A stretch of 64,000 nt of DNA, taken from an uncultured cyanobacterium. Its GTDB lineage: Bacteria; Acidobacteriota; Vicinamibacteria; Vicinamibacterales; UBA2999. The notes under the pieces were generated by a model. That model did not search any database and was not told the DNA's origin. It was given only the letters and a program-made list of their open reading frames with translations. Location of the stretch: NCBI GenBank assembly GCA_963833135.1, contig CAWHWW010000010.1, forward strand, positions 16,822 through 80,821. The letters run 5' to 3'. The position numbers and the translations under genes were made by a program. This document shows, piece after piece, positions 44,620 through 54,562 of this stretch (positions are counted from its first letter, which is position 1; every line of letters starts with the position of its first letter).

Positions 44620-45931
44620 GTGAACCGGGACGACTGCCTCAACGAGGACGCGCGCGATCAGCTGGCGCCGCTGCGCGAGCTGTTCGCGCTCGATCGCGTC
44701 GATGCCGCAGGCATCATCTATCTCGACGGCAACTCGCTTGGCGTGCTGCCCAAAGCCGCCATCGATCGCGTCCGCGACGTCGTCGAAACCGAGTGGGGCG
44801 TCGGGCTGATTCGCAGCTGGACGGCCGCCGGCTGGATCGATCTCTCGCAGCGCATCGGCGACAAGATCGCGCGGCTCGTCGGCGCGGGAGCCGGCGAGAT
44901 CATCGTCGCCGATTCGACATCGGTGAATCTCTTCAAGGCCCTGAGCGCCGCGGTGGCGCTTCCACCTCCGCGTGGGCCTTCGGCGAGACAGGCTCGCACT
45001 CGGATCCTGTCGGAGCGCACGAACTTCCCGACCGATCTCTACATCGCCGAGACTTTCGCGCGTGAGCGCGGCCTCGAGCTCACGCTCGTCGATCACGAGG
45101 AGATCGCTTCGCATCTCGACGATCGCGTGGCGGTCCTGATGCTGACCCACGCCAGCTACCGCACCGGACGCATGCTACGACATGGCAGCGGTGACCCGGT
45201 CGGCCAGGGATGCGGGCGCGATCGTGATCTGGGATCTCGCGCACTCCGCCGGCGCCGTGCCGGTCGATCTGCACGGGGCCGGCGCGGACATCGCGGTCGG
45301 CTGTGGCTACAAGTACTTGAACGGCGGCCCTGGCGCGCCGGCGTTCATCTGGGTCCATCCGCGCCACACGGAGCGACTGGATCGCGAGAGCTGGCGCCCG
45401 CCACTGTCAGGATGGCTCGGTCACGCGCAACCGTTTGCCTTCGCGCCGCACTATCAGCCCGCGAACGGCATTCAGCGATTCATCTGCGGCACGCCGCCGG
45501 TGCTGTCCATGGCGGCGCTCGAATGCGGCGTCGATACCGTGCTCGCTGCAGGCGATCGCGGCGGCATCGCGGCGATCAGGAGCAAATCGCTGGCGCTGAC
45601 CGACCTGTTCATGCGGCTCGTCGACGAGCGCTGCGCCGGTCACGGTTTCACGATCGTCACGCCTCGCGAACCCGGCCAGCGCGGCAGCCAGGTGTCATCA
45701 GTTGTCGGCGCATCACGCGAGCGCGGAGGGGATGGCTACGCGATCATGCAGGCGCTGATCGCCAAGGGAGTCATCGGCGACTTCCGGCCGCCCGACATCC
45801 TGCGCTTCGGCTTCACGCCGCTCTACACCCGCTTCGTCGACGTGTGGGATGCCGTCGATCGCCTCACGCAGGTGATGACGAGCGGCGAATGGCGCGATCC
45901 GCGCTTCGCAATCCGCGCCGCCGTCACCTAA
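44620..45931 (+). CDS. kynU: kynureninase, one frameshift near 45175
   Basis: GTG 44620. [116 protein letters not shown]. Confidence 0.85.
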
Positions 45932-45937
45932 CCCGAC

Positions 45938-45995
45938 CGCTACTGTCGTTCTACGATCGTTCTAATGGCGTTTCTGCGTAGCGTTCGACGATCGG
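45938..45995. repeat. Tandem CGTTCTA-type words with flanking short inverted repeat (CGCTAC ... GTAGCG)
   Basis: Read directly: CGCTACTGTCGTTCTACGATCGTTCTAATGGCGTTTCTGCGTAGCGTTCGACGATCGG, downstream of the kynU stop. Confidence 0.5.
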
Positions 45996-45996
45996 C

Positions 45997-46026
45997 TTGA
46001 CATATTCCCATATCGGAATATATAAC
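45997..46026 (+). promoter_or_regulatory. Candidate sigma-70-type promoter (TTGACA-N16-18-TATATAAC) overlapping inverted repeat ATATTCC-N6-GGAATAT; would give a leaderless or near-leaderless arsR-like mRNA
   Basis: Read directly: TTGACA 45997-46002. ATATTCCCATATCGGAATAT 46002-46021. TATATAAC 46019-46026. ATG at 46033. Confidence 0.35.
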
Positions 46027-46032
46027 TCTGGA

Positions 46033-46357
46033 ATGCCGCGCGCTGCGACGACCTCGGATCCCTTCAATGCGATTGCGGAACCGCGCCGCCGTCACATCCT
46101 GGAGTTCATTGCCGGCGAGGAGCGCTCGGTTTCGGAAATTGCGGATGCGCTCGACCTGAACCAACCGTCGGTCTCGAAGCACCTGATCGTGCTCCGCGAC
46201 GTGGGCCTGGTTACGGCCAGGCGTGACGGGAGGCGAACCATGTATCGAACCAACGCCGACATGCTGCGCTCGATCCACGAGTGGAGCGCGATGTTCGAGA
46301 AGTACTGGCGCGGACAGTTGCGGCGCATCAAGGCGCACGCGGAGGCACAGACGATGA
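46033..46357 (+). CDS. ArsR/SmtB-family transcriptional regulator (stop unresolved; reads in frame into the next gene)
   Basis: MPRAATTSDPFNAIAEPRRRHILEFIAGEERSVSEIADALDLNQPSVSKHLIVLRDVGLVTARRDGRRTMYR. Confidence 0.8.
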
Positions 46358-46812
46358 CCACTACAGCACAAGCAGTCGATCAGCCCACCTTCACGATCAC
46401 CGAGGAGATTCTGGTGCGCGCGTCAATGGAGACGACGTTCGCGTCGCTCATCGCGCAGTCTCGGACGGCTCAACGAAACCCCGGACGGCAAGCCGCTGGC
46501 GATGATCCTCGAAGCCAGACCAGGCGGCCGCTGGTATCGCGATCTCGGCGGCGACAACGGGCACCTCTGGGGATTCGTGCAGAGCATCAAGCGCCCGGCG
46601 CTGCTCGAGATCTGGGGCCCGCTGTTCATGTCGACCGCGACGAGCAACAACCTGATCTACCGTCTGTCCGAAGTCGACGGCGGCACGCTGATCGCGTTCA
46701 AGCACACGCTGGTTGGCCCCGTGCCCGACGACTTCCGCGAGCAACATGGCGCCCGGGTGGGAAGCGCATCCACGCCCGCGTCAAGAAGCAGGCCGAAGCG
46801 GCGAAGGAATAA
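46354..46812 (+). CDS. SRPBCC (Aha1/START-like) domain protein, frameshifted
   Basis: MTTTAQAVDQPTFTITEEILVRASMETTFASLIAQ, then EARPGGRWYRDLGGDNGHLWGFVQSIKRPALLEIWGPLFMS...YRLSEVDGGTLIAFKHTLVG (ORF 46502..). The pairing with ArsR is typical. Confidence 0.65.
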   Translation: MTTTAQAVDQPTFTITEEILVRASMETTFASLIAQSRTAQRNPGRQAAGDDPRSQTRRPLVSRSRRRQRAPLGIRAEHQAPGAARDLGPAVHVDRDEQQPDLPSVRSRRRHADRVQAHAGWPRARRLPRATWRPGGKRIHARVKKQAEAAKE

Positions 46813-46816
46813 GGAG

Positions 46817-47348
46817 ATGGCAATGAAAATGATCGACGTACTTCTCGCGGAGATGGATCAGGAAGCGCACAGCACCGCGCGCGTGCTCGAACGCGTGCCG
46901 CAGGCGAAGTTATCGTGGCGGCCGCACGCGAAGTCGATGTCGCTCGGGCAGCTCGCGCTGCACGTCGCGACGATCCCGGGCAACGTCGCCGAGCTCGCGT
47001 CGCACGACACGCTTCCGGAACCGCCGGCAGTTCATTCAGCCGGAAGCAGCCACCGCGGCCGAGCTCGTCCCCACGCTCAAGGCCAGCCTCGAGAAGGCGC
47101 GACAGATTCTCGGCGGCATGGACGATGCGAAGTTGATGGAAACGTGGCGGCTGATGAGCGGCGGCAAGGAGCTGATGGCGATGCCGCGCGCCGCGATTGT
47201 TCGCGTGATCATGCTCAACCACTGGTATCACCACCGCGGCCAGCTGCTGGTGTATCTGCGCATGCACGACGTGCCGCTACCGTCGGTCTACGGACCGACC
47301 GCCGACGAGAACCCGTTCGCAGCTGCCATGGCCGCGGCGGCGCACTGA
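46817..47348 (+). CDS. DinB-family protein, one frameshift
   Basis: AAGGAG RBS at 46811-46816. MKMIDVLLAEMDQEAHSTARVLERVPQAKLSWRPHAKSMSLGQLALHVA. C-terminus AAIVRVIMLNHWYHHRGQLLVYLRMHDVPLPSVYGPT (ORF 47118..47348). Confidence 0.7.
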
Positions 47349-47374
47349 TCCGGCGGGCATGCTACAAGTGACGG

Positions 47375-48194
47375 GTGCCCGAACTTCCGGAAGTTGAAAC
47401 CGTGCGGCGGATGCTCGAGCCTGCCATGAAAGGCTCGCGCTTCCGCCGGGTCATCGTCAATCGGCCGAACCTTCGCATCCCTTTTCCCGATCGATTCGCC
47501 GACCGCCTGCGCGGTGCGACGGCCGTCGCCGTCTCGAGGCGCGGCAAATATCTGATCGTCGAGTTGTCGTCCCGCGAGACGCTGATCATGCACCTCGGCA
47601 TGTCCGGATGGTTTCACGTCGCGCCGATTGGCGATCGCTCGCGTGACGCCGATCCGCACGACCACGTCGCCTTCGTCATGTCATCGGGCCAGACGGTGCT
47701 GTTCAACGATCCACGGCGCTTTGGCTTCATGGATCTGGCCGGGGAGGGGCGTCTGCGCGAGTACCCCTCGCTGAGCGCGATGGGGCCCGAACCGCTGTCG
47801 ACCGAGTTCGACGACGCTTCACTCGCGCGCGCCTGCAAAGGCAAGAAGGTGTCGCTCAAGGTCGCGCTCCTCGATCAACGCGTCGTCGCCGGCCTCGGCA
47901 ACATCTACGCGAGCGAGGCGCTGCATCACGCCCGGCTCTCGCCGCTCAGGAAGGCGTCGACGATCGCCACGGCCTCGGGCGCGCCGAAACGATCAGCGAC
48001 GCAGCTGGCGTCAGCGATCAAGGCCGTGCTGACGAGCGCTATCGGGCGGCGCGAGTCACCGTACCGATCCGCGCGCTTCAAGGTTTACGAACGTGAAGGA
48101 CAACCGTGCTCTGCGGCGCGGCTGCGGCGGAACGATCCGCCGGCTCACCCAGGCGGGACGGTCGACCTATTACTGTCCGAAATGCCAGCGTTGA
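47375..48194 (+). CDS. mutM: formamidopyrimidine-DNA glycosylase, frameshift in the zinc-finger region
   Basis: [51 protein letters not shown]. Hand-read C-terminus [23 protein letters not shown], stop at 48192-48194. Confidence 0.85.
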
Positions 48195-48250
48195 ACTGAA
48201 CATGCGGAGTGCTACGCTGCCCTTCGACTCACTTCCTGGAGGACTGCCGC

Positions 48251-48838
48251 ATGAAAGGCCTGGCCGAGCTCACCAAGACGACGCTCATCGGCGGACTGCT
48301 CGTCGTCCTGCCGATCTACGTTTCCATCCTGTTACTGGTCAAGACGCTGGCCGGCATCCTCGCGTTGCTGTCGCCGGTCACCGCGGCGGTCCCGGCCGGG
48401 GCGCAGTTCCGGCAGGTCATCGCGATCCTGATCGTGCTCGCCGTTTGCCTGGTGGCCGGGATCATTGTTCGCACCGGCCCCGGACTGCGGGCCAAGAGGA
48501 GGTTCGAGCGCAAGGTCCTCAAGAAGATCCCCGGGTATTCGCTGGTGCGGGGCATCACCGAACGGGTTTCCGGCGAAGACACCGAAGGCGCATTTCAGCC
48601 GGCGCTCGTGGAAATCGAGGACGCGCTCTCTCCCGGCTTCATCATCGAAGAGCTCGAGGACGGGCGCTACACCGTCCTCGTGCCGTCGGTGCCGACGCCT
48701 GCCGCAGGTGCCCTCTACATCCTCCCGCGGGAGCGTGTGCATCCGCTGGACGTGCCATTCACGCAGGCGGTGACGGTCATCTCCAAGTGGGGCGCGGGCG
48801 CGGGGGTGCTTGCGCGCGGCATATCGGTTCGATCGTGA
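48251..48838 (+). CDS. DUF502-like membrane protein
   Basis: ATG 48251. MKGLAELTKTTLIGGLLVVLPIYVSILLLVKTL. KKIPGYSLVRGI. AGALYILPRERVHPLDVPFTQAVTVISKWG. Frame intact. Confidence 0.6.
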   Translation: MKGLAELTKTTLIGGLLVVLPIYVSILLLVKTLAGILALLSPVTAAVPAGAQFRQVIAILIVLAVCLVAGIIVRTGPGLRAKRRFERKVLKKIPGYSLVRGITERVSGEDTEGAFQPALVEIEDALSPGFIIEELEDGRYTVLVPSVPTPAAGALYILPRERVHPLDVPFTQAVTVISKWGAGAGVLARGISVRS

Positions 48839-48895
48839 CGGCTCGAGTTGTAATCCCGGTTGGCCCCAAGCTCATCCGTGGTAGGGTTTCGCCCG

Positions 48896-49593
48896 ATGGG
48901 CACAACCCTCTCCGTCATTCTCCTGATCGCCATCGTGCTCGCGGCTGGATTGCTGCGCGATTCGTTTCGCACGAAAGCCGTCACGCGCTGGGGCAAGACA
49001 CATGGCTTCTCGTTCGTGCCGAAACCGGAACATGACAACGAACGCCTGATCGCGTGGGCCAAACGGTTTGCCACGACCAGCGCTTCACATTGGGGCATCG
49101 TGCTCCGCGGCGAAACAGCCGGCCTCGAAACAACAATCGCGGAACACGAAGAGAGGTTCGTCAAGAGCCCGGCCCGCTGGCACACATTGGCGGTCACGCG
49201 CGTGCCGGGTCTGAAAATGGATGCCGTGCGATTCACCCAAGCGGGTCGCAGGTGATTCGCGCCGTCACGGACGCGGTGACTGCGCCCGGTCGCGCCGTGC
49301 GCGACGCGCTGGGCATCGAAGTGACGGAGCGATCCGTCCATCGCGTCGGTCAAGGAAAGTGGGCTGTCGAAGGGTCGAACGACGACGCGCTCGCCTTCTG
49401 GTCGAGCGAGACGCAAGCGGCGGCGATCGACGCATGGCCGCACGACGCGGAGCTTGCCGCCGTCGACGACTACGTGCTGGTGAGAGTGCCCGGGCCCATC
49501 AACGCGGGGCGTCTCGACGATCTTCTCGCGAGCGCAGACGCCGCCCGTGCACTCTTTACCCAGGCGGCTGCGCGGATGCCCGTGACTCGATGA
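48896..49593 (+). CDS. hypothetical N-terminally membrane-anchored protein, one frameshift
   Basis: MGTTLSVILLIAIVLAAGLL, then soluble part. Continues in ORF 49054..49593 (WAVEGSNDDALAFWSSETQAAAIDAWPHDAELAAVDDYVLVRV). No family recognised. Confidence 0.35.
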
Positions 49594-49623
49594 TTCGTCG
49601 AAGATCGCCGGCGCGCCGGATCC

Positions 49624-51061
49624 TCACATTGTCTTGAGGAACTCGAGCAGCGCCTCGCGATCCGCCACGGACAATTGGTGACCGTAGGTGTGCCCACCGT
49701 TGCCATTGCCGCGATCGGACGTCTTGAAAAGGACGCCTTGTTTCTCGGCCTCTGGTCCGGACGAGACGAAACCCACGCCCTGGAAGTCGTAGACGTCGTA
49801 GGCGCGATAGAACGCCGCCGGCCGCGGGTCGAGCAGCAGGAGCGCGCGAAGCGTCGGCACCGAACCGTTGTGCAGATACGGTGCCCGCAGCCAGATGCCG
49901 TCGAGCGGCATGCCGGCGTAGCCGTTCGTCTTGCGGAAGTGCGAAAACCTCCAGGGCTTGCCCGTGCCGATGGTGTTCATCATCTTCGCCAGTTCCGGCG
50001 TAAAGGAATTCAGTCGCTCCGGATCGGTCCCGATCTCGGCGATGTCGATCGTCTGTCCCACCTTCGGCTGGCCGACGTCGTGACAGCTTGCACAGTGCTG
50101 CTGATAGAGCGGCCGTCCCGTGCTCGCCAGGGCGGCATTGATGCGGTTGGAAGGATACGAAGGCGGCTTCAGATCGAGAATCCAGTTGGCAATCCGATCG
50201 AGCGCCGCCAGGTCGATGGAGTGCTCCGTCGCGCCGGCGCCTATCGCCGCACTCTTGTTCCGCTCGTCGACCGAATCGTTGTTGCCATCCCAGTGCAGCC
50301 ATAATCCCTGGCGAATCCGCTGATTCCAGAGGGACGGCAGATCGGCGGTGCCGACGCTCGTATCGGAGGCGAAATTCGTCTCGGCCGAGAACATCTCCTT
50401 GTACGGATTGAACGTATCCACACGCCCCGGTCCCTGGGGCGGCCGCTTGTCGAACCAGGCGATGCGCGGGTCACGCTCACGAATGCCCTTCTGCGTGGCG
50501 TTAATCGCGAACAACCGGTAGGTGAGGCCATCGAGGAATCCGAACTCCGGATGCTTCTGCATGGCGGCGACGAGGGTATCGGCGTTGAACCTGGGATCGC
50601 TGGCACAGGCTGACAGGAACCGCGCATAGGCCTGGAGATCCATCTGGTGCGCGGGCATCCCGAGAACGATCTTCGGCGCGGCTCCCGGCGCCTCGCGATA
50701 CTGCGCCGACATGACAGGTCGCGCAGTTCAGTCCCACGCGCGGAACCCAGTCGTTGCTCTTGGACGCGCCCATCGGCAGGTCGCCCTTGGGATTGTCGTA
50801 GGTGAATCCGATGCGCTCGTAGCCGTTCCCAGGGCGATTGGGCAGCTTGTCGGCGAACACTTCGGGCAGCACTTTCCACAGCCAGTAGGGCACCCCGACG
50901 GTTCCCTCGGTCCCGATTGATCCGTACTTGAACTCGGTGGCGATGTCCGGAGTGGACTGGGCTGCCAGGCCAATCCATGCGCAGATCACAATCGCGAAGA
51001 CAATCTTGGTCACGATCCGCGGCGATCCACCGACGCGCGCGCCGTTCTCAACTCGTCTCAT
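49624..51061 (-). CDS. di-haem c-type cytochrome, cytochrome-c-peroxidase/MauG-superfamily-like, one frameshift near 50700
   Basis: Signal or anchor KIVFAIVICAWIGLAA. Two CXXCH sites: GLNCATCHVG (ORF 50501..51061) and QQHCASCHDVG. WLRAPYLHNGSVPTLRALL resembles the CCP-family motif. Confidence 0.6.
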
Positions 51062-51074
51062 CGCGTACTACTCC

Positions 51075-52337
51075 TTACGTTCGAGCGACCGCGGTTGCGA
51101 AGGCGTACGTGATGGCCTCGTTGGTCACGTCGCTATGGTCCTTGATGAGGCCGCCCGAGCCGTCAAGGTTGTTGATGACCTGGCCCTTGAAGTCGTACGG
51201 CGTTCCCGCGGCATTCAGCCGCGAGCTGGCAACTTCCGTCGTCCGCAGCGCTCCATTGCGGCCCAACCCGCCGAATTCGTCGCTTGCGTCGCCGATCGCC
51301 CTCGTGTTGTCGCCGGCGAGACGCGACATGACCGAGTAGGCCTTCCCGACGACGGTGTCCTGGGCGGAGAAGGTCGACAGGAACGGGCCCTTGACGACCT
51401 TTTGAACGATCACGTCGCGGAAAAATCCGGCGCTGCCGTGCCCGTTGTCCGAACTGAAGCCAAAGTGCGAGAACGCCGCCTCGAGCAACATCAGGGAATC
51501 AAGGGGAGTCTTCGGTGCTTCGGCGAGCGCCTTGGCGCACGCCGCCGCCAGGCGGCCGCCCAGGCTGTGTCCCACGACGTGGAGGCGAAGACTCGGCGAG
51601 CTGGCGCGCAGTGTTCGCACCGCTTTGGCGAGGCCCGTGGCGCCTACCGTTCCCGATCGCTCCTTCATCACGTACCACGTCGTCAGGTTCAGGAATTGTC
51701 CGACGCCGCCGGCGATCCTGCCGGCAACGTCGCCGATCCCGCGGGTGCCATCAGCAGGCGGACTCAATCGCGCAAGAATCTCGGAACCTGATCGCTGGCG
51801 GATCCGCGTCAGTCCCTCCGTCGCATCCGCGCCGGAAGCGTCGACCAACGACAACACCAGCTCGACGAATTCGTCTTGCGCTTGCGGATTCGTCTCGAGC
51901 GTGGGCAGAAGTGCGATCGCTTTATCCAGGTTACGGCGCTGCGCGGGCGTCGCGTTGTCGTCCTTGAACTCCTCGAGCTGCGCCTTCGCGTCGGCCAGCG
52001 TGGGCGAAGGATCGTGCAGTCCGCGTGTGCGGCCCGATCCCTCGTCGAAGTCCTCTCGAAACTGCTTCGACGGCCAGTAGACGCCGGCGAAGACAAACTG
52101 CCGGTTGGCCAGCGCGCTGAATTCCGGACGTGAGAGGTTCGCCCTGAATGTCTGCAAGAAACGCGTGTAGAGGTTCGTCGCGTCGTTCTCGTCGTTGCGA
52201 AAGCCGTGCGCGATGAAGACCACATCGGTGGCGGAACTCGCGCGCGCGGCCAGCGCCTCGAATTCCTGCCGCGACTGCAACGTTCCGTGATCATCAAATT
52301 TCAGTGGGAAGAAATCGAATCCGTCGATGGTCGGCAT
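51075..52337 (-). CDS. alpha/beta-hydrolase, DUF900/lipase-like serine esterase
   Basis: VVFIAHGFRNDENDA ... VFAGVYWPSK, and nucleophile elbow LHVVGHSLGGRLAA. Intact 420-aa ORF, 14 nt upstream of the di-haem cytochrome gene. Confidence 0.6.
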   Translation of the reverse strand: MPTIDGFDFFPLKFDDHGTLQSRQEFEALAARASSATDVVFIAHGFRNDENDATNLYTRFLQTFRANLSRPEFSALANRQFVFAGVYWPSKQFREDFDEGSGRTRGLHDPSPTLADAKAQLEEFKDDNATPAQRRNLDKAIALLPTLETNPQAQDEFVELVLSLVDASGADATEGLTRIRQRSGSEILARLSPPADGTRGIGDVAGRIAGGVGQFLNLTTWYVMKERSGTVGATGLAKAVRTLRASSPSLRLHVVGHSLGGRLAAACAKALAEAPKTPLDSLMLLEAAFSHFGFSSDNGHGSAGFFRDVIVQKVVKGPFLSTFSAQDTVVGKAYSVMSRLAGDNTRAIGDASDEFGGLGRNGALRTTEVASSRLNAAGTPYDFKGQVINNLDGSGGLIKDHSDVTNEAITYAFATAVART

Positions 52338-52500
52338 ACGTTCCTCGCTCGCGCCTGCACCAGCTCATCCGGAACGCGACGGCGCAACCGCCATCCTAAC
52401 CGGACTCCGCAACCGTGTCTGCACTGTGATTGAATGGGCCGGGCAGCATCATGCTGAGGTGGCTGGGCCCGCGCCATGAGCGGCCTGACAAGGAGAGGGC

Positions 52501-53469
52501 ATGACCTTCAAGACACCGGCGCTGGCCGAAGAGGCTATCGACCCGGACGAGGCGGCGGTCGCGACGGCGTTCGTCGAGTTTCTCAAGGCGACAAGCACGA
52601 AGCATCACCCCACCGGTACGGTCCCGCGATTCAACCAGGGCCGCGCTGCCGGGTGTGTCGAGGCGGAGTTCATCGTGCCTGACGGCTTGCCGCAGGATCT
52701 TCGTGTCGGCCTCTTCGCTCACCCTCGCACCTACAAGGCGCGCATTCGATTCGCGCACGCCTCATCGGAGTCGGACACGGAGCGCGACGTTCGCGGCATG
52801 TCGATCAAGGTTGCAGGCGTGGGTGGCGAGAATCTGACCCCGGGTGTGGCGGACCACGACTTCATCCTGAACAGTCACCCGGTGATGATGGTGGGGCACA
52901 CCAAGGCCTTTCTCGACTTGCTCAAGGCGGTGGAGGAGGGCGGTGCCGCGCAAGGACTGTTCTTCGTCACACATCCGCGCGCCGCGGCCGTGGCGCTGGC
53001 CTCGCGGCAGCATGCCACCAGTCACCTCGAGATTCCCTACTGGAGCACGACGCCCTACCTCTTCGGGCCGGGCCGGGCGGTCAAATACAGCGTGCGTCCC
53101 GCTTCGCCTCGAAAGACGCCGCTGCCGGACCCGTTGACCGACAACTACTTGCGGGAGCGCCTGGTCGCCCATCTTGCGCGGGAAGAAGCTCGTTTCGAGT
53201 TTCTCGTGCAGTTTCAGACCGACGGCCGGAAGATGCCGATCGAAGACGCGAGCGTGGAATGGAAGGAGGACGACTCCGCGTTCCGCGCGGTCGCCGAAAT
53301 TCGCATCCCCGTCCAAACGCTCGAAGGTCCGAGCGCCGCGTCCTGCGAGCAGCTTTCGTTCAATCCCTGGCACGCCCCGGCGGATCACCGCCCGCTCGGC
53401 GACTTCAACCGCGCGCGCCGTGAGATCTATCGCGCGATGGCGGCTTTTCGTGGGACGCCACGGGCCTGA
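52501..53469 (+). CDS. small catalase-fold haem protein (mini-catalase, y4iL/srpA/AOS-like clade; not a canonical catalase)
   Basis: AAGGAGAGGG RBS. RDVRGMSIKV (cf. catalase D.RGFA.KF). DHDFILNSHPVMMV (cf. D.vgNN.PVFF). Proximal-Tyr-like NRARREIYRAMAAFR. The catalase VHAKG position reads FNQGR by eye. Intact 322 aa. Confidence 0.6.
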   Translation: MTFKTPALAEEAIDPDEAAVATAFVEFLKATSTKHHPTGTVPRFNQGRAAGCVEAEFIVPDGLPQDLRVGLFAHPRTYKARIRFAHASSESDTERDVRGMSIKVAGVGGENLTPGVADHDFILNSHPVMMVGHTKAFLDLLKAVEEGGAAQGLFFVTHPRAAAVALASRQHATSHLEIPYWSTTPYLFGPGRAVKYSVRPASPRKTPLPDPLTDNYLRERLVAHLAREEARFEFLVQFQTDGRKMPIEDASVEWKEDDSAFRAVAEIRIPVQTLEGPSAASCEQLSFNPWHAPADHRPLGDFNRARREIYRAMAAFRGTPRA

Positions 53470-53493
53470 GTCCAAGGAGATCGAATCACTCCC

Positions 53494-54462
53494 ATGAGAA
53501 AAGCACTGATCGTCGGCATCAACTACTACTCACAGATTCCCCGGCTGTATGGCTGCGTGAACGACGCCCATGCGGTGAAAAAAACCCTGGAGCGGAACGG
53601 TGACGGCACGATCAACTTCACCGCCAACCTCTTCACGGCCGACAGCGACGCCGACGCCATCAGCCGCAGCACTCTGAAGCGCCTCGTTCGCGAGCTCTTT
53701 GCCGAAGATCACGAGGTGGCATTGTTGTACTTCGCCGGTCACGGGCACGTGGAGCAAACCGGCGGTTATCTGTGCAGCAGCGATTCCAGTGAGGGAGACG
53801 ACCTCTCGCTCGCCGACGTGATGACGTTTGCCAATGACTCGCCGGCCAAGAACAAGGTGATATTTCTCGACAGCTGCCATTCCGGAATCGCCGGCACGCC
53901 GGCCGGTCAAAAGGCAGCCGAAGTGGCCGAGGGTGTGACCATCCTGACGGCGTCGACCAAGGAACAGTACGCGACCGAGAAGAATGGCAGCGGCGTCTTC
54001 ACGTCGCTACTCGTGGATGCCTTGAACGGCGGAGCATGCGACCTGGTCGGCACAGTTACGCCGGGCGCCGTGTATGCGCACATCGATCAGTCGCTCGGTC
54101 CGTGGGAGCAGCGGCCGGTGTTCAAGACGAATGTGAAGGAGTTCGTTTCGCTGAGGCGCGTGCCCGCGCCCATTCCACTGGAATATCTGCTTCGGCTCAC
54201 CGAGTTCTTCCCGAAGCCGGGGATGAAGTTCGATCTCGATCCGAGTTTTGAGCCCGAGCCGAACGGAAGGCCGCCCGGCGTCGCTCCTCCGGACCCTGAA
54301 AACACCGCGAAGTTCGACGTGCTTCGACAGTTCAACCGCGTCAACCTCCTCGTGCCCGTTGGCGCGCCCCACATGTGGCATGCGGCCATGGAATCAAAGA
54401 GCTGCAAGCTGACGGCGCTCGGCGAGCATTACCGTCGCCTGGTTGAACGGAATCGGATTTGA
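53494..54462 (+). CDS. caspase-fold (peptidase C14) protease with unrecognised ~150-aa C-terminal domain
   Basis: [12 protein letters not shown]...LYGCVNDA. His in LLYFAGHGH. Cys in [13 protein letters not shown]. Intact 322 aa, 25 nt after the mini-catalase stop. Confidence 0.8.
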   Translation: MRKALIVGINYYSQIPRLYGCVNDAHAVKKTLERNGDGTINFTANLFTADSDADAISRSTLKRLVRELFAEDHEVALLYFAGHGHVEQTGGYLCSSDSSEGDDLSLADVMTFANDSPAKNKVIFLDSCHSGIAGTPAGQKAAEVAEGVTILTASTKEQYATEKNGSGVFTSLLVDALNGGACDLVGTVTPGAVYAHIDQSLGPWEQRPVFKTNVKEFVSLRRVPAPIPLEYLLRLTEFFPKPGMKFDLDPSFEPEPNGRPPGVAPPDPENTAKFDVLRQFNRVNLLVPVGAPHMWHAAMESKSCKLTALGEHYRRLVERNRI

Positions 54463-54475
54463 CAGAGCATAAGGA

Positions 54476-54545
54476 GGGCTTGCGGGCTTGCGGGCTACGG
54501 GCTTGCGCGCTGCGGGCTACGGGCTTGCGGGTCACGGGCTTGGGG
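54476..54545. repeat. One-armed tandem array of GGGCTTGC/GGGCTAC words: nine G3+ tracts spaced 3-11 nt (mostly 4-5) on the + (sense) strand
   Basis: Read directly: GGGCTTGCGGGCTTGCGGGCTACGGGCTTGCGCGCTGCGGGCTACGGGCTTGCGGGTCACGGGCTTGGGG. It is preceded by AAGGAGG (54471-54477) and is in frame with the downstream ORF (table ORF 54488..55069). Confidence 0.8.
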
Positions 54546-54562
54546 TCGCCGGAGACCGCGCG

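Noticed and set aside
52501-53469. Calling the 322-aa haem protein a functional catalase (kat gene)
   Set aside because: It is far shorter than mono-functional catalases, and the distal-His motif position reads FNQGR by eye. Only the fold-level blocks and a proximal-Tyr-like motif are recognisable.
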